Origin: Mobula hypostoma
Lineage: Eukaryota
DNA: 64,000 bases
Reading direction: 5' to 3'
NCBI RefSeq assembly: GCF_963921235.1
Contig: NC_086108.1
Span: 98,582,001 to 98,646,000, forward strand
Below, piece after piece: positions 1 to 12,942 of this stretch (position 1 is the first letter of the stretch; each line of letters opens with the position of its first letter). The notes beneath the pieces are model-generated. The model did no database searches. It worked only from the letters and a program-made list of their open reading frames with translations, and was not told where the DNA came from. A program made the translations under genes and the position numbers.

Positions 1-289
1 ACTTGATGCGACTAAGGTTCTCTCCACAGATGCTGATTGACCTGGTGTGTCTTCTAACGCTTTCTGTTTCGATTGCAGATCTCCAGCACCTGCAGGTTTT
101 CAGTTTTAATTTTCATTGAGATGTTTATTATTACTGCGGGGGTGGGAGGTTCAAATTAATTTAGTAGGAAACGAGGGGCCTGACATCAGCAATGAAACAG
201 AAAGGAAAGAGTATAAGAGGATGGGGGTGAGATAAATAGCAATAAAAGAAGAAATAGAATTTTTTTTGGCCAGTATGTTGCATCCTTGG

Positions 290-650
290 GTGGTGGGGTA
301 GAAATACATCTCTACCAAAGGAGGTGTAAGGCACTCCTTCCCTCCACTAGCCTGCAAGTCACCCTTGGATAAGGTGTAGGACCTGTTTAGCCCCCCTGAT
401 CAGAGTCACGTGAAACCATGGGAGCAGGTGGTGGATGGTCATATGAGCAGCTGGTGTGTATCACAAGTACTGGTCTTGCGACCACTGATGCCAGACAGAC
501 AATCTCTGAAGGGTACTGACAATGGCTGGGGTCACCTGTCACTCTGCTCAGAAGAAGTCAATGGCAAACCATTTCTGTAAAAAAATTTTACAAGAATAAT
601 CATGGTCATGGATAGAAAAAAGACCACGATCGCTCATATCATATGACAAT
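290..650 (+). mobile_element. SINE-like repeat with RTE/BovB-type 3' tail
   Basis: Contains the tail motif agaagtcaatggcaaaccatttctg; related copies on the opposite strand at 1355-1730 and 55885-56255. Confidence 0.6.
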
Positions 651-1005
651 AATCTACTTGTTTGGAATTTTAAAAAAGAGGAGCAATTCCATCACTGGCA
701 TATAGGCATTCTATAGGCATCGAATAAACAGGGAAGTCATTGAGGGGTAATTCACAGGGATATGGCAAAGATGTGAGGAAGCCATGGAGTAGTGATTATG
801 GGGTGGTCCAACCATCCAAGCATAGGCATGTACAGTATAGGGATAACATACAGAGCAATAATGGAGAGGAGTTTCTGAAATATGCTCAGGAGAATTTCTT
901 GACCTGTCTCCACAAGGACTTGATGGATTTGGTTCTGGATAACGTACCAGGTCAAGTGGAGCCAATGACAGTAAGGGGGTCAGTAATCATAATATCATGG
1001 GATTT

Positions 1006-1180
1006 TGAAACAAGAGAAAATCTGCAGATGCTGGAAATCTGCGCAAAACACTTAACATGCTGGAGGAACTCAGCAGGCCAGGCAGCATCCATGGAAAAAA
1101 GCACAGTCGACGTTTTGGCTAGAAACATCAACTGTGCTTTTTTTCCATAGATGTTGCCTGGTCTGTTGAGTTCCTCCAGG
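1006..1180 (-). mobile_element. Fold-back Penelope terminal-repeat fragment with 12-bp TSD
   Basis: TSD ATCATGGGATTT at 994-1005 and 1181-1192; roughly 55-bp imperfect inverted arms; similar to the Penelope 3' end at 5940-6073. Confidence 0.8.
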
Positions 1181-1354
1181 ATCATGGGATTTAGAATATC
1201 TGTGGAAAGTAATCTAGAATGCAGCAAGTGAAAGCAATAAATTAGAGAAGAACCAATTTGAATTGGATAAGAGCGGATCTGCCCCATAAATTGGTACAAA
1301 GACTTGGTAGTCATAACTGAGATATGGGCGTTGTATCAAGGCCAACCTTTATTC

Positions 1355-1730
1355 ACCATCATCATCATCATCATCATATGTGCCATGTCGTATGATATAG
1401 ATGATCATGGTCTCATGGCCATGACTGTTCTCAGCAAATTTTTCTGCAGAAGTGGTTTGCCATTGCCTTCTTCTGGGCAGTCTTTTTATACTGTGATATG
1501 ATCAATACTCTGCAGGGATTGTCTGCCTGGCGTCAGTGGTCACATAACCAGGACGTGATGTGCACCATCTGCTCATACACCTACTCCTATGACTTCACAT
1601 GACTCTGATTGGGGGGAAGGGGGCTAAGCGGGTGCTACACCCTGCCCATGGGTGAACTGTAGGGTAGTGGAGGGAAGGAGCACCTTACACCTCCTTTGGT
1701 AGAGACATATCTCCACCCTGCCATCCACAG
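1355..1730 (-). mobile_element. SINE-like repeat with RTE-type tail and terminal (ATC)n microsatellite
   Basis: Contains gaagtggtttgccattgccttc; inverted relative to the 290-650 copy. Confidence 0.6.
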
Positions 1731-4700
1731 ACTTCACTGCACATCCCCAATTGTCCTCTAGAAGGTGGTGGTGAGTCATCTTTTTGAGCCTCTGCTGTTC
1801 TTCTGCTGGATCGTTACAAGGTTGTTTTGTCTTTGCTGGTTTCTTAATAATGGATCAAACCTACTTTCTTCAACTTAGAACTTTGTTATTGTGGATAGCG
1901 CGTCATACAGTGTCAATCCCCATGCTTAGTCTCTGAGTGGCTTTGGTTTATTTTCTTTTGTTTTATATCTTATTTAATTTTTTTAAAAGAAGAAATATAA
2001 GGACTCAATTAATACAACAATTAATACATATTGAAAAAAAATAATTCAAATACATTAATAAGTCCGAAAGAAAAAAAAAAGAACACCTCTCCCAACACCA
2101 TCTCCCTGCATTTAGAAAAAAGGAGGGAGGAAAAAAAACATAAAAGACAGAGGAAAGAAAGGAGAGAAGAAAAAAGAAAAGAGAAAAAAAAAAGAAAAAG
2201 AGTAGGCATTCAGCTCTCAGAGTCAGTTTAAAATACAAATTAAAGAAACTAGCTAATAATAAGGGATATATTAATTTTTAAAAATTAAAATAAATAGATT
2301 AAACAATCTGGGCATTTAAGTAATCCAAATATGGTTGCCAAATCTCAATGAACATAGTGTATCCATTCCTAAGGGTATAAGTTATCTTCTCAAGGGGTAT
2401 ACAACTTTGCATTTCTTTATTCCAACGATCAATATGTACAAGGGAATCAGATTTCCATGTTACCGCTATGCATTTCCTGGCCGCTGACAATGCAATTTTA
2501 ATAAATTTGGATTTATTTCTGGGGAGGTTAACTTTCAAAACTGCTAAGTTCCCCAGAAGAAACAATTCTGAATCTAGGGGCAAATCCATCCCAAGAATAT
2601 TTCCCAGTACCTCCCCCAGATCTATCCAAAAAGATCTCAGTTTGGTGCATAGCCAGGTGGAATGCAAAAAGGTACCAATATCTATGCCACACCTGAAACA
2701 CTTGTCAGAAATTTCTGGTTTATTTTCATGTATTTTTTCAGGTGTGAGATACAACTGATGTAAAAAATTAAAATGTATCATCCTGTATCTACAGTTGACA
2801 AGAGTGGTAACACTATCCAAGCATAGATGTGACCAACATTGATGATCAATTACAATGCCCAAATCCGACTCCCACCTCTCCCTTGATCTGTATATACCAA
2901 GCTTTGGGCATTGGTCCTGGAATAAAGAATACGTATTAGAAATAAACTTAGTTGTATTCCCCTTTCGAATTAGAATCTCCATGTCTGAGCACCTTGGTAG
3001 GGCCAATGATGGACCCAAACAATCCCTCAGAAAAGATCGTAATTGGAGATAGCAGAAGAATGTGTTGTTAGATAAATTATATTTATTTTTAAGTCCCTCA
3101 AAAGACATAAATTGCTTCTGCTGATTATAACAATCTTCAATGCGCCTGATACCGTGTTGATACCAGGTGACTAGAAATTTATTACCCATAGTCATGGGTA
3201 TTAATCTGTTCTGAGATAGAGGCGTCTTTGAGGATATTCCTTTTTCAGACCCATAAATTGTTTAATTTTTCCCAGATATAAATTATATGTCTCAGTAGAG
3301 GATTGTTTGTTTTCTTTTTAATTAATTTGGAGTCCCATTTATATATAAATTCTTCTGCCATCTCTTCCCCTACCATATGTAAGCCAATTGTAACCCAAGA
3401 AGGAATAGTTGTCTCATCAGAAAAAGAAGCAATAAAACATGCTTGTGCAGCTAAATAATATTTTTTAAAATTTGGTAATTTTAACCCTCCCAATTTATAG
3501 TCCCAGGTCAATTTTTCCATGGAGATTCTAGATATTTTACCCGACCATAAAAATAGAGAATATGTCCATTGAGGGTCTTAAAAAAGTTATTGGATAATGG
3601 GATAGGTAAAGACTGAAAAAAATATTGAAGTCTTGGCATTATCTTCATTTTTATACAGTTTACCCTGCCCATCAGTGTGATAGGAAGGTTTATCCACCTC
3701 TGTGGGTCCTCCTCGACATTCCACAGCAAGGGGAGATAATTAAGTTTATAAAGGTCATCCAAATTATGATTAAACTTAATCCCCAGACATTTCATGTTGA
3801 ATTTAACCCATCTAAACCGTGCCATATTGATATTGGGCATAATCTCCTCTACCTAAAGGTAAAATTTCACTTTTATTCCAATTTATTTTACATCCCTAGA
3901 CTATACCATAATTGTCCAGCAAGGCCCTAGGTCTTACCAAAGAGCCGGTCGGATCAGCCAGATATACTAAAACGTCATCAGCAAATAAATTAATTTTATA
4001 TTCTTCCTGGGCTACTTTAAAACCCTTTATGTCTGGATCCTGTCTAACAGCCTCAGCCAACGGCTCTATTGCCAGAACAAATAGAGCTGGAGATAGTGGG
4101 CAACCTTGTCTACTAGATCTATGTAGAGAGAAAACTGGTGAAATCTGCCAGTTCGTAATTATTTTGGCCTTAGACTGACGGTAAAGTGCTCTTATCCAAT
4201 TTATGAATATTTGGCCTAGACCAAATGTTTCCATTGTTTTAAATTTAAAAATCCCATTCAAATTATCAAAGACCTTTTCAACACCTAAAGCCACTGCTAC
4301 AGTCGGGTCCACCTTCGTCCTAGGTAAATGTGAGATAGTCAATAGACTGCCAATATTGTCAGATAATTGTCTGTTTTTAAAAAATCCTGTTTGATCCAAT
4401 TTAATCAATTTTGGCAGATATCGAGCCAATTATTATTATTAGCCAACTATTAGCCAATGCATTTTATAGTCTGCATTTAAAAGTGAGGTGGGCCTATAAA
4501 ATGCTGGTTATAGCGGATCCTTATCCTTCTTAAGAATTAACGTAATAATTGCTGTTGGAAAGGATTCTGGTGGAGTATGGGTCTCCTCAGCCTGAGTCAC
4601 AACCCTCATAAAAAGGGGCATTAATTGATCCTTAAATTCTCTATAAAATTCAGGGGGAAAACCATCATCTCCCGGCGATTTGTTAGCCTGTAATAAGCCT

Positions 4701-5096
4701 AGGGCTCTTTCAATTTCATCTTTAGAAAAAGGGGCATTCAATTCTTCCTGATCTTGTTGACTCAATTTGGGAAGTTGTAAATTAGATAAGAAATCATCAA
4801 TTTTCAGTGAGTCACCCACTGATTCTGATTTATATAGTTCCGAATAGAACTGCTTAAAAGTATTGTTTATTTATTTTGGCTTATATGAAATCTTGCCTTC
4901 CCCTGTTGAATCGCACTTATTGTTCTGGAGGTTTCTTCCACCCTTAACTGCCAAGATAGTACTTTATAGGTTCTCTCTACTAATTCATAATATTGTTGTT
5001 TTGATTTTAGTATCATTTTTTCTATTCTATAGGTTTGTTTTGTGTTATAATCTAATTTTTTTATTTATTAATTTTTTATAATTTTCCTCTGTTGTT

Positions 5097-6073
5097 AACT
5101 TCCGCCACCTCCAACGGGATCCCACCACTAAGCACATCTTTCCCCCCGCCCCTGCATTCCGCAGGGATTGCTCCCTACACAACTCCCTTATCCAGTCGTC
5201 CCCCCCATCCCTCCCCACTGATCTCCCTCCTGGCACTTATCCATGTAAGCGGAACAAGTGCTACACATGCCCTTACACTTCCTCCCTTACCACCATTCAG
5301 GGCCCCAAACAGTCCTTCCAGGTGAGGCAACACTTCACCTGTGAGTCGACTGGGGTGATATACTGCGTCCGGTGCTCCCGATGTGGCCTTTTATATATTG
5401 GCGAGGCCCGACGCAGACTGGGAGACCGCTTTGCTGAACATCTACGCTCTGTCCGCCAGAGAAAGCAGGATCTCCCAGTGACCACACATTTTAATTCCAC
5501 ATCCCATTCCCATTCTGACATGTCTATCCACGGTCTCCTCTACTGTAAAGATGAAGCCACACTCAGGTTGGAGGAAAAACACCTTATATTCCGTCTGGGT
5601 AGCCTCCAACCTGATGGCATGAACATCGACTTCTCTAACTTCTGCTAAGGCCCCACCTCCCCCTCGTACCCCATCAGTTACTTATTTTTATGCACACATT
5701 CTTCCTCTCACTCTCCTTTTTCTCCCTCTGTCCCTCTGAATATACCTCTTGCCCATCCTCTAGTTCCCCCCCCTTAGCTTTCTTCCCAGACCTCCTGTCC
5801 CATGATCCTCTCGTATCCCCTTTTGCCTATCACCTGTCCAGCTCTTGGCTCCATCCCTCCCCCTCCTGTCTTCTCCTATCATTTTGGATCTCCCCCTCCC
5901 CTTCCTACTTTCAAATCCCTTACTCACTCTTCCTTCAGTTAGTCCTGACGAAGGGTCTCGGCCTGAAATGTCGACTGCACCTCTTCCTACAGATGCTGCC
6001 TGGCCTGCTGCATTCACCAGCAACTTTGATGTGTGTTGCTTGAATTTCCAGCATCTGCAGAATTCCTGTTGTT
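5097..6073 (+). mobile_element. 5'-truncated Penelope-like retroelement (GIY-YIG endonuclease plus 3' terminal repeat) nested in the L1
   Basis: ORF 5322-5648 contains VIYCVRCSRCGLLYIGE...RFAEH (GIY-YIG); pyrimidine-rich 3' region and terminal repeat with a hammerhead core. Confidence 0.9.
5941..5976 (+). ncRNA. Minimal type I hammerhead ribozyme motif of the Penelope terminal repeat
   Basis: agtc-CTGACGA-agggtctcggcct-GAAA-tg-TC-gact: conserved core boxes, stem II and stem I (agtc/gact). Confidence 0.7.
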
Positions 6074-9000
6074 TCTCTCTTTAATTCATTATGTTCTGTC
6101 ACTGTGAGATGAGTTTCTTGAAGAAAGGTAATATCAATATGATTTTTTTAAGATATGCCAGGACCTTTTTCCTTTTTATCAGTCTATTTATCCCATTAAC
6201 ATTAAGAGTTAAAAATTTAATTGCTCTATTCATAGTTATCAGATTTTATTGGCTGATAAATCCTGCCCGCAAAGAAAGTATAAATTAATCCCACTTCTTT
6301 GAGTGACTCTGAGATATTTGGTGCCATTCTCAATAGAGTATAGAAAATAGAAAGGGAACCAAAGAGGAAAGAAAATAAAAGAAAAAAAAGAAAAAGAAAG
6401 GGAGGAAAAACCCTCCCAATTGGTGCTCCAAGTCCATGGCGCCTTAACCCCTTACTGTGGGGACCGATAAACATCGCACTAAAGATGGACATTCTTTAAC
6501 ATGTAACATAATTAATCTTTTTTTTAAAAAAAGAGACGAAAAAATTATCCACTCCCCCAATAACTCCTTAATTAAACATCTGTAAAAATAAATTATATTC
6601 CACACCCATTATTACTAAATGTCTAACATAATCTATAATATTGAAAGTAAATATCATTAATATAGCAATATATCCAAATAAAGAGAATTCAAAGAAACTT
6701 ACTAAATATAACCCTAAATATTGTAACTTAATACATATCCAGCATACCAAAAATTAAACATATCAAAAGATGACATCTAATGAATCAAAGCTATTCATAC
6801 TAGTTATAACAAAATTAGATGAACTATATAGTTCCTAAGTAGTATAATTCAAGAAGACCATCCATAATCAATATTTTAAATCATAATAGTCTTCATCCAT
6901 AATCATATAGATTCAAAGTTCAAGGTTATAATGTTTTTAAAATCTATATTAATAAAGAAAATCAAATAATTTTCTTCATATATTTTTCCAAGATACATCT
7001 TTCTAGGCCTCTTGATCCAGAAGAATATTCTGAATCACAATGTCTCAGATATTTTTTGAATAAAGTTTATCGCCTTCTGGATATAATAAAGAATATTGAA
7101 GACTTTTATTCTTTAATAACCTCCTTGTTAAGTCAAAGTCTTTCCTTTTTCTTAACAAGGCCACACTAATATCTGGAAAGGAGAATATCTTTCCCCCTTC
7201 AAACTCCAATAGGCCATTTCTCTCTCTTGCCTCTATTGCTGCAGCTCGTAATGCTTTTTGTTTATCTTGATACTTCAAAAAGCGTATAAGTGTAGAGCGC
7301 GGCCTTTGCTCTGGAGGTGGTCGGGGGATTAAAGTCCTGTGGGCTCTTTCTATAATTAATTCTTTGTCAAAATGCTTTTTCCCCAGAACTTTGGGGATCC
7401 ATTCTTGAAAGAAAGTTACTGCGTTTCTTCTTTCCAATCCCTCTTTACAGTTCCTCTTTTAAACCCACTATTTTGATAGTATCTCTTCTGCTATAGTTTT
7501 CAAGCGAGTCCAGTTTATTCATTATTATTACTTTCTCAGTCCTCCAGGAAACTTTTTCTTTTTCCAGGCTTTGTAATCTATTCACAACATCTTTCGTATT
7601 ATTTTCTAAATCCTGGGTTCGCAAATTTAAAGATTCCGAAGTCTGCTCCATTTCCTTAGATTCTTGCATGATAAGGTCTAAATGACTCTCGAATTTGTCC
7701 ATCCTACTGGTTAAAGTCCAGACTGCATCGGCCAACTCACGAACCGCGGCCGCGAGGTCACTACCCGAGCCGTCACCGCGTCGTGCTGCCGTCGTCCTCG
7801 GACCTTCCGCAGGCTCAGAGGAACTACCCGACGAGCAGGCCTCGTCACCATTGCTCCCGCGTCCCTCAACTCCAGACGCTCCCGGGAGTGCAAGGCTGGC
7901 AGCGATAGCGCCAGTAGGATTTCCACGGGTTTTCCTTTTCACCATTGCCTTTATTGAGGTTATACGAGAGCCTTATAAACAGGTTGTGCAGAAGTTTCTG
8001 TAGGAGTTATTCAGGGAAGCGCCCGATCAATGGCACGACACTACGTGACCTCCCCGGCTTTGGTTTATTTTCAGGTAATTGCTAGATGTCTTATGAGGAC
8101 AGGCTGGGCGAGCTTGATCTTTGCTCTTTGGAGTGAAGGAGGATGAGAGGTGACTTTATAGATGGTGGATGGTGTTGTGCACAGCCAGGCAAGTGGAGCC
8201 AGTATAATCATGCATCTTATAGATAATGCTATTAGTTCTGTTGCTTCGGTTTTGTAACTATTTTCTGATTCTGTATCCTTAAGACACCCCTCACATACCT
8301 TGTAAATGTTATTAGGTTTTGATGGTGACCTATTTCCAGAAGGAGTTAGGCCTGTAATGGATATTTTAAATGGTCCTTGGGCAAAGGTCAGGGGAGTGAG
8401 ACTGATTACATGTCTCTTAAAAAATGCCAGCCCTGGTCTTCTTCAGTACTCTAGGTTTCTATTTTTAACTCTGCCAATGTAAAAATAGCTTGCATGAGAA
8501 TGTGGTAGTCACAGTGCACTTCACTAACTGGAGGTCTTTTATGTTGGCAAGTCTGTTTGACTGGAGGGAGAACCATTGAAAAAAAGGATTGAGCGACTCT
8601 TGTAAACAGCTTGGATACTGGCAAGAATTAGCCCTAGTATGATTCAAAAAAACATTCTTCCTGGCAATCCATGTGTTTCAGAGACAGCAGCCAAGAGCAA
8701 TCAAATTTTACAGCACAACAGGTCTAAGTCTGTCATGTTACCACCAGTAGTCTGATCAAGTTCTCCATTCAGACCCATTACCATCCTTCCAGCTTCCCTC
8801 GTAAAACCTCCTGTGGAACCTGTCTCTTTTCCTGTTGTGTTAATTGAGTGTTGCAGATGCCTAATCAAATCCCTCACAGAACATCATGGAAACAGCCAAC
8901 AGTACTTTACAAGCAGTAAGTAGAACTGCTCACTGAGCTTGAATGGTATTTATTGAATCAACCTGCACAGTCAAAACCTCTAGATGTTGTCACACATACA

Positions 9001-10904
9001 AAATGGTAGAGGAGCTCAGCAGGTCAGGCAGCATCTATGGAAAGGAATAAACAGTCAACTTTTCAGGCAGAGACCCTTCAGCAGGAATCATTACATCAGT
9101 ATAACAACAATACCATCAGTTTGCACTACAATGGACTGTTTTTTGTTCTAAGTGTGCTGCCTATGGACAGTTTGTCCCACTCCCATCAGGGAAGAGGCTA
9201 CACAGCATCCACACCAGGACCACTTGACTCAAAAAGTTACTTTCCCCAAGATGTCAGGTTGATCAACACCCCAACCCATTAACCCCCCTCACCAGTACTA
9301 CATCCTACATCAGCCACTCGTTTCCACAGCCTCAGCACCCTTCATCTCCCTCCTGCACTGCCATTTTACAGTTACTTGTACATTGTGTTCTACAGGATTG
9401 TTTTTATACTTACTGAGTTTTCTATTCTGCATCGGATATGGAGTAGCAATCATTTCGTGCTCCTATACACTTGTCTACTATGTTGTTCGTCCATCGTTGT
9501 CGTCGATGAAGACCTCGACACCATTATGACGATGATGGTGTCGAGACCAGCGCATGATTTGGATTTAAGTGAGGGAGAGTTGCGCAGCGTCAGCCTCACT
9601 CTCTCTTCCCAATTCCCATCTGGATCCAGTGGCAAGACAAGAATCTAGACGACTGGAGATGGGACTAGGCGCAGTGGATGACCAGGACGTCTTCTGTGTC
9701 TTGTCCTGCTCTACACGTTCCACGACGCTTGCAGAGACCGCCTTCTTGACCGTTGGATCTTCCATTGGTCTTGTCCACTCAATCCGCCGGTGTCTGTCTT
9801 CACATGCTGGGATAGACAACTCCCTATCTCACCAAGGGTTTGAGACCCGTCGGCTACCCTCACCTGGTTTAGCCGGCTTGTCAAAGCTGTTGCCTGGGGT
9901 GTGGCCGCTGTCGCATGCAAACAGCTACGGGGAGCCACAGGTGAGAGCTGAGTGCCAGGTGGGGAGCAAAGGTGGGCTAACCTCCTTGAAAAGGATGCGA
10001 CATGTTCCCCCACCACAGGTGCTACCCCTCCCTGACACCCCATACACCTCACTGTCTACTATACAGTGACAATGAACAATTTTGAATCTTTCTTGTAAAA
10101 TTTATGTTCGGTCTATATTTTCCTTCTGGATGTTGTTTATCTGCTGCTATGTGCCTGTGATGCTGCTGTGGGTGAGAGTTTTGTACTGCTGCATTTGACA
10201 ATTTCCTCTCCCAGGGAAACTAGCCTCCCCTCTATGGATTCTGTCTATACTTCTCACTGCCTCGTTAAAGCAACCACATAATCAAATGCCCCCCCTCCCC
10301 ACCACAGACATTCTCCCATCAGACAGAAGATAACATGTACCACCAGTCTCAAGGACAGCTTCTATCCCACTGTTATCAGACTCTTGGATGGACCTATTGT
10401 ACGATAAGATGGACTTTTGCCTCACAATCCATCTCGTTATGATCTTACACTTTATTGTTTACCTGCACTGCACCTTCTCAGTAGGTTTTACACTATTCTG
10501 CATTGTGATTGTTTTACCTTATTCTAGATCAATGCACTGTGTAATGACTTGATCTGCATGAACAGTATGCCAGACAAGCTTTTCACTGTATCATGGTATA
10601 AAATGTGACAAGAATAAACCAATACCAATAAACTCAAATTTAATTTTAATTTAGCAGCCTCATCGTGCCAGTGATGTTAAGTTGGATCATGAACTCTGGC
10701 ACTGATTGTGACCCATGGGGGTCACAGGGAAAACTTGCATAGACCCTCTCCCCTCTGTGACAACGTGGGCTTTCTACAGGAGCGCTGACTTCCTCCCACT
10801 TCCCTATTCCAGTACGTGTGGATCAGAGGGTTAACTGGCCGCTGTAAATTTTCCCTCACATGTAGATAAGCGGCAGCATCTGGGATTGGGAGGCATTATA
10901 GAGC

Positions 10905-11372
10905 ATTATGCAAAAGTCTGAGACACATATGTATAACAAGGGCACCTGTGTGAGTGATGATAAACCTGATTCTGATATGGGTCTCTATTGTGGATTGAGT
11001 GAGAAAGGAGCTGGGAGAGGGGAATCATGGATGGGAAAAGAGGAAGGGAGGTGGAGGGGGTGGGAAGCACCAGAGAGACATTCTGTACTGATCAATAAAC
11101 CAGTTGTTTAGAATCAAGTGACCTTGCCTGGTGTCTCAGGGCTGGGTGTGTCTGCACCTGTGCCACACCCCTATCCCTGGCATTTCTTCTCTGCCACCTG
11201 AACCACACCCCTCCCGGAGCACTCCACCCTTGCCGTTCCCAACTTCCTTTTCTCCCACCAGATTTACCAACTCACTCTCCGCTCCATATTGACAAATACG
11301 GTACTCTGCAAAAGTCTTAGGCATCCTAGCTATATATGCTGTATATGTGTCACAGGGTTTTGCACAGTACTG
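10905..11372. repeat. Composite repeat with Tc1-like MITE ends (CAGTACTGTGCAAAAGT-type TIR)
   Basis: Short TIR-bounded unit at about 11300-11372; the body at 10945-11300 is shared with 45415-45740. Confidence 0.55.
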
Positions 11373-12942
11373 TAATTCAGAGTGAAAATTAGTGGTGAAT
11401 GAAGTTGTCCTGTGAGCCAGCATTGGCTCAATGGACGAAATAGTCTTCTCTTATATTAAAAGGAAATATTTGGAAACAGGATATTCACTTAATAAAGCAG
11501 GAGCTATACAGTTTCCAATCCGACAGGTATCAACTCAATACAGGTTTCATCATGGGTAAATTGGGTTACAAAGAGAGCTTTTGGCACATCGGCCTTCATA
11601 AATCAAAGTATCGAGTACGGGAGTTGAGATGGTATGTTGAAGTTGTATAAAATATTGGTGAAGCCAAGTTTAGAGTATCGTGTGCAGTTTTGGTCATCTA
11701 TCTACAGGAAAGATATCATTAAAATTGAATGAGTACTGTACAGAGTAAATTTACAAGGATGTTGCCGGGACTTGAGGACCTGAGCTGTAGGGAAAAGTTG
11801 AGTAGGCTAGGACTTTATTCTCTGGAGTGTATGAGGGGTTTATTCTTATCTCAAGCAAGCTAAATTTTGAAAAAAGTATTCGAAATGGGAGATAAGGAGG
11901 GCAGATAGATATATTCTGGTAAGGGGGAATATAGACAGAAATTCGGTTACTCTATTGAATATATACGCATTCCCAGGAAGTGATATTAGTTTCTCTCAGA
12001 AAATTGCTAATATTACGGTAACAGAAACAGAAGGTCTCCTGATATGTGGGGGAGACTTAAATTTACAATTACAACCTAAGTTGGACTCTTACAATAGAAA
12101 AACCTATGAAACAACATCCTTACATAAGAAAGTTAACACACTTTTTGAGGATGTTGGTCTAATTGATATATGGAGGGACCTTTTCCCTGACAGAAGGGAT
12201 TACACTCATTATTCTGCCCCCCATTCTGTATATACAGGATTAGACTATTTCATAACATTTGGAAAAGACAAAGACAAAATAAACACCTGTGGAATTGGGA
12301 CAATAGATGTAAGTGACTATGCACCTATATATTTACCTATTGATTTTGTCCTACAACCAAAGAATACTATTTGGAAACTAAATTCAAGTCCACTCAATGA
12401 TCCCTACTTTAAGGAACAAATTAAAAAAGAAATTGAATTTAATGATAATGAGGAGGTTTCACCTCCCATTCTATGGGATACTCTGAAGGCTGTCTTAAGA
12501 GGGAAAATTATAGTGATATCTTCATATAAGAAAAAAAATAAGGAATAAAACATTAGAGGAATTACAAAATAGGCTGAAGGAACTAGAAAAAAACACAAAT
12601 TGAATATGGCAAAGGTTACATTAGAGGAAATTAAAAAAATTAGAAATGAAATTAATAGTTTGGCTACGCAAGAAATCAGGAAGAAATTAATATTTCTGAA
12701 ACAGAGACATTATGAAAGTGGATCAAAGTCTATGAAAACACTGGCATGGAAACTGAATAAAAAGATAGCAGAAAATACAATTCATAGAATTAGGGATCCA
12801 AGAACAAAAATGGTAAAAAAAAATAAGCCAAGTGAAATTCAAGAAGCTTTTGAAGTGTTTTACAAGACTCTATATTCCAAAGTTCCAGGGGGAAGTATAA
12901 CCCAAATTGACACCTTCCTGAATTCTCTAGAGTTACCCACTT

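Larger units (their letters stand above)
1956..8055 (-). mobile_element. Full-length, degenerate L1-clade LINE
   Basis: 17-bp TSD GGCTTTGGTTTATTTTC at 1939-1955 and 8056-8072. ORF1 pieces 7945-7045 (LENYSRR, IERAHR, FPD motifs). ORF2 starts at 6233 (LNVNG...FLQETH), with RT pieces (KSPGDDG, RQGCPLSP, LFADD) and a C-terminal CCHC (CFRC...H...C) ending at 2299. Confidence 0.92.

Noticed and set aside
8858..8916. Possible exon between ttgcag and gtaagt
   Set aside because: No recognisable homology; splice-like motifs alone are insufficient.
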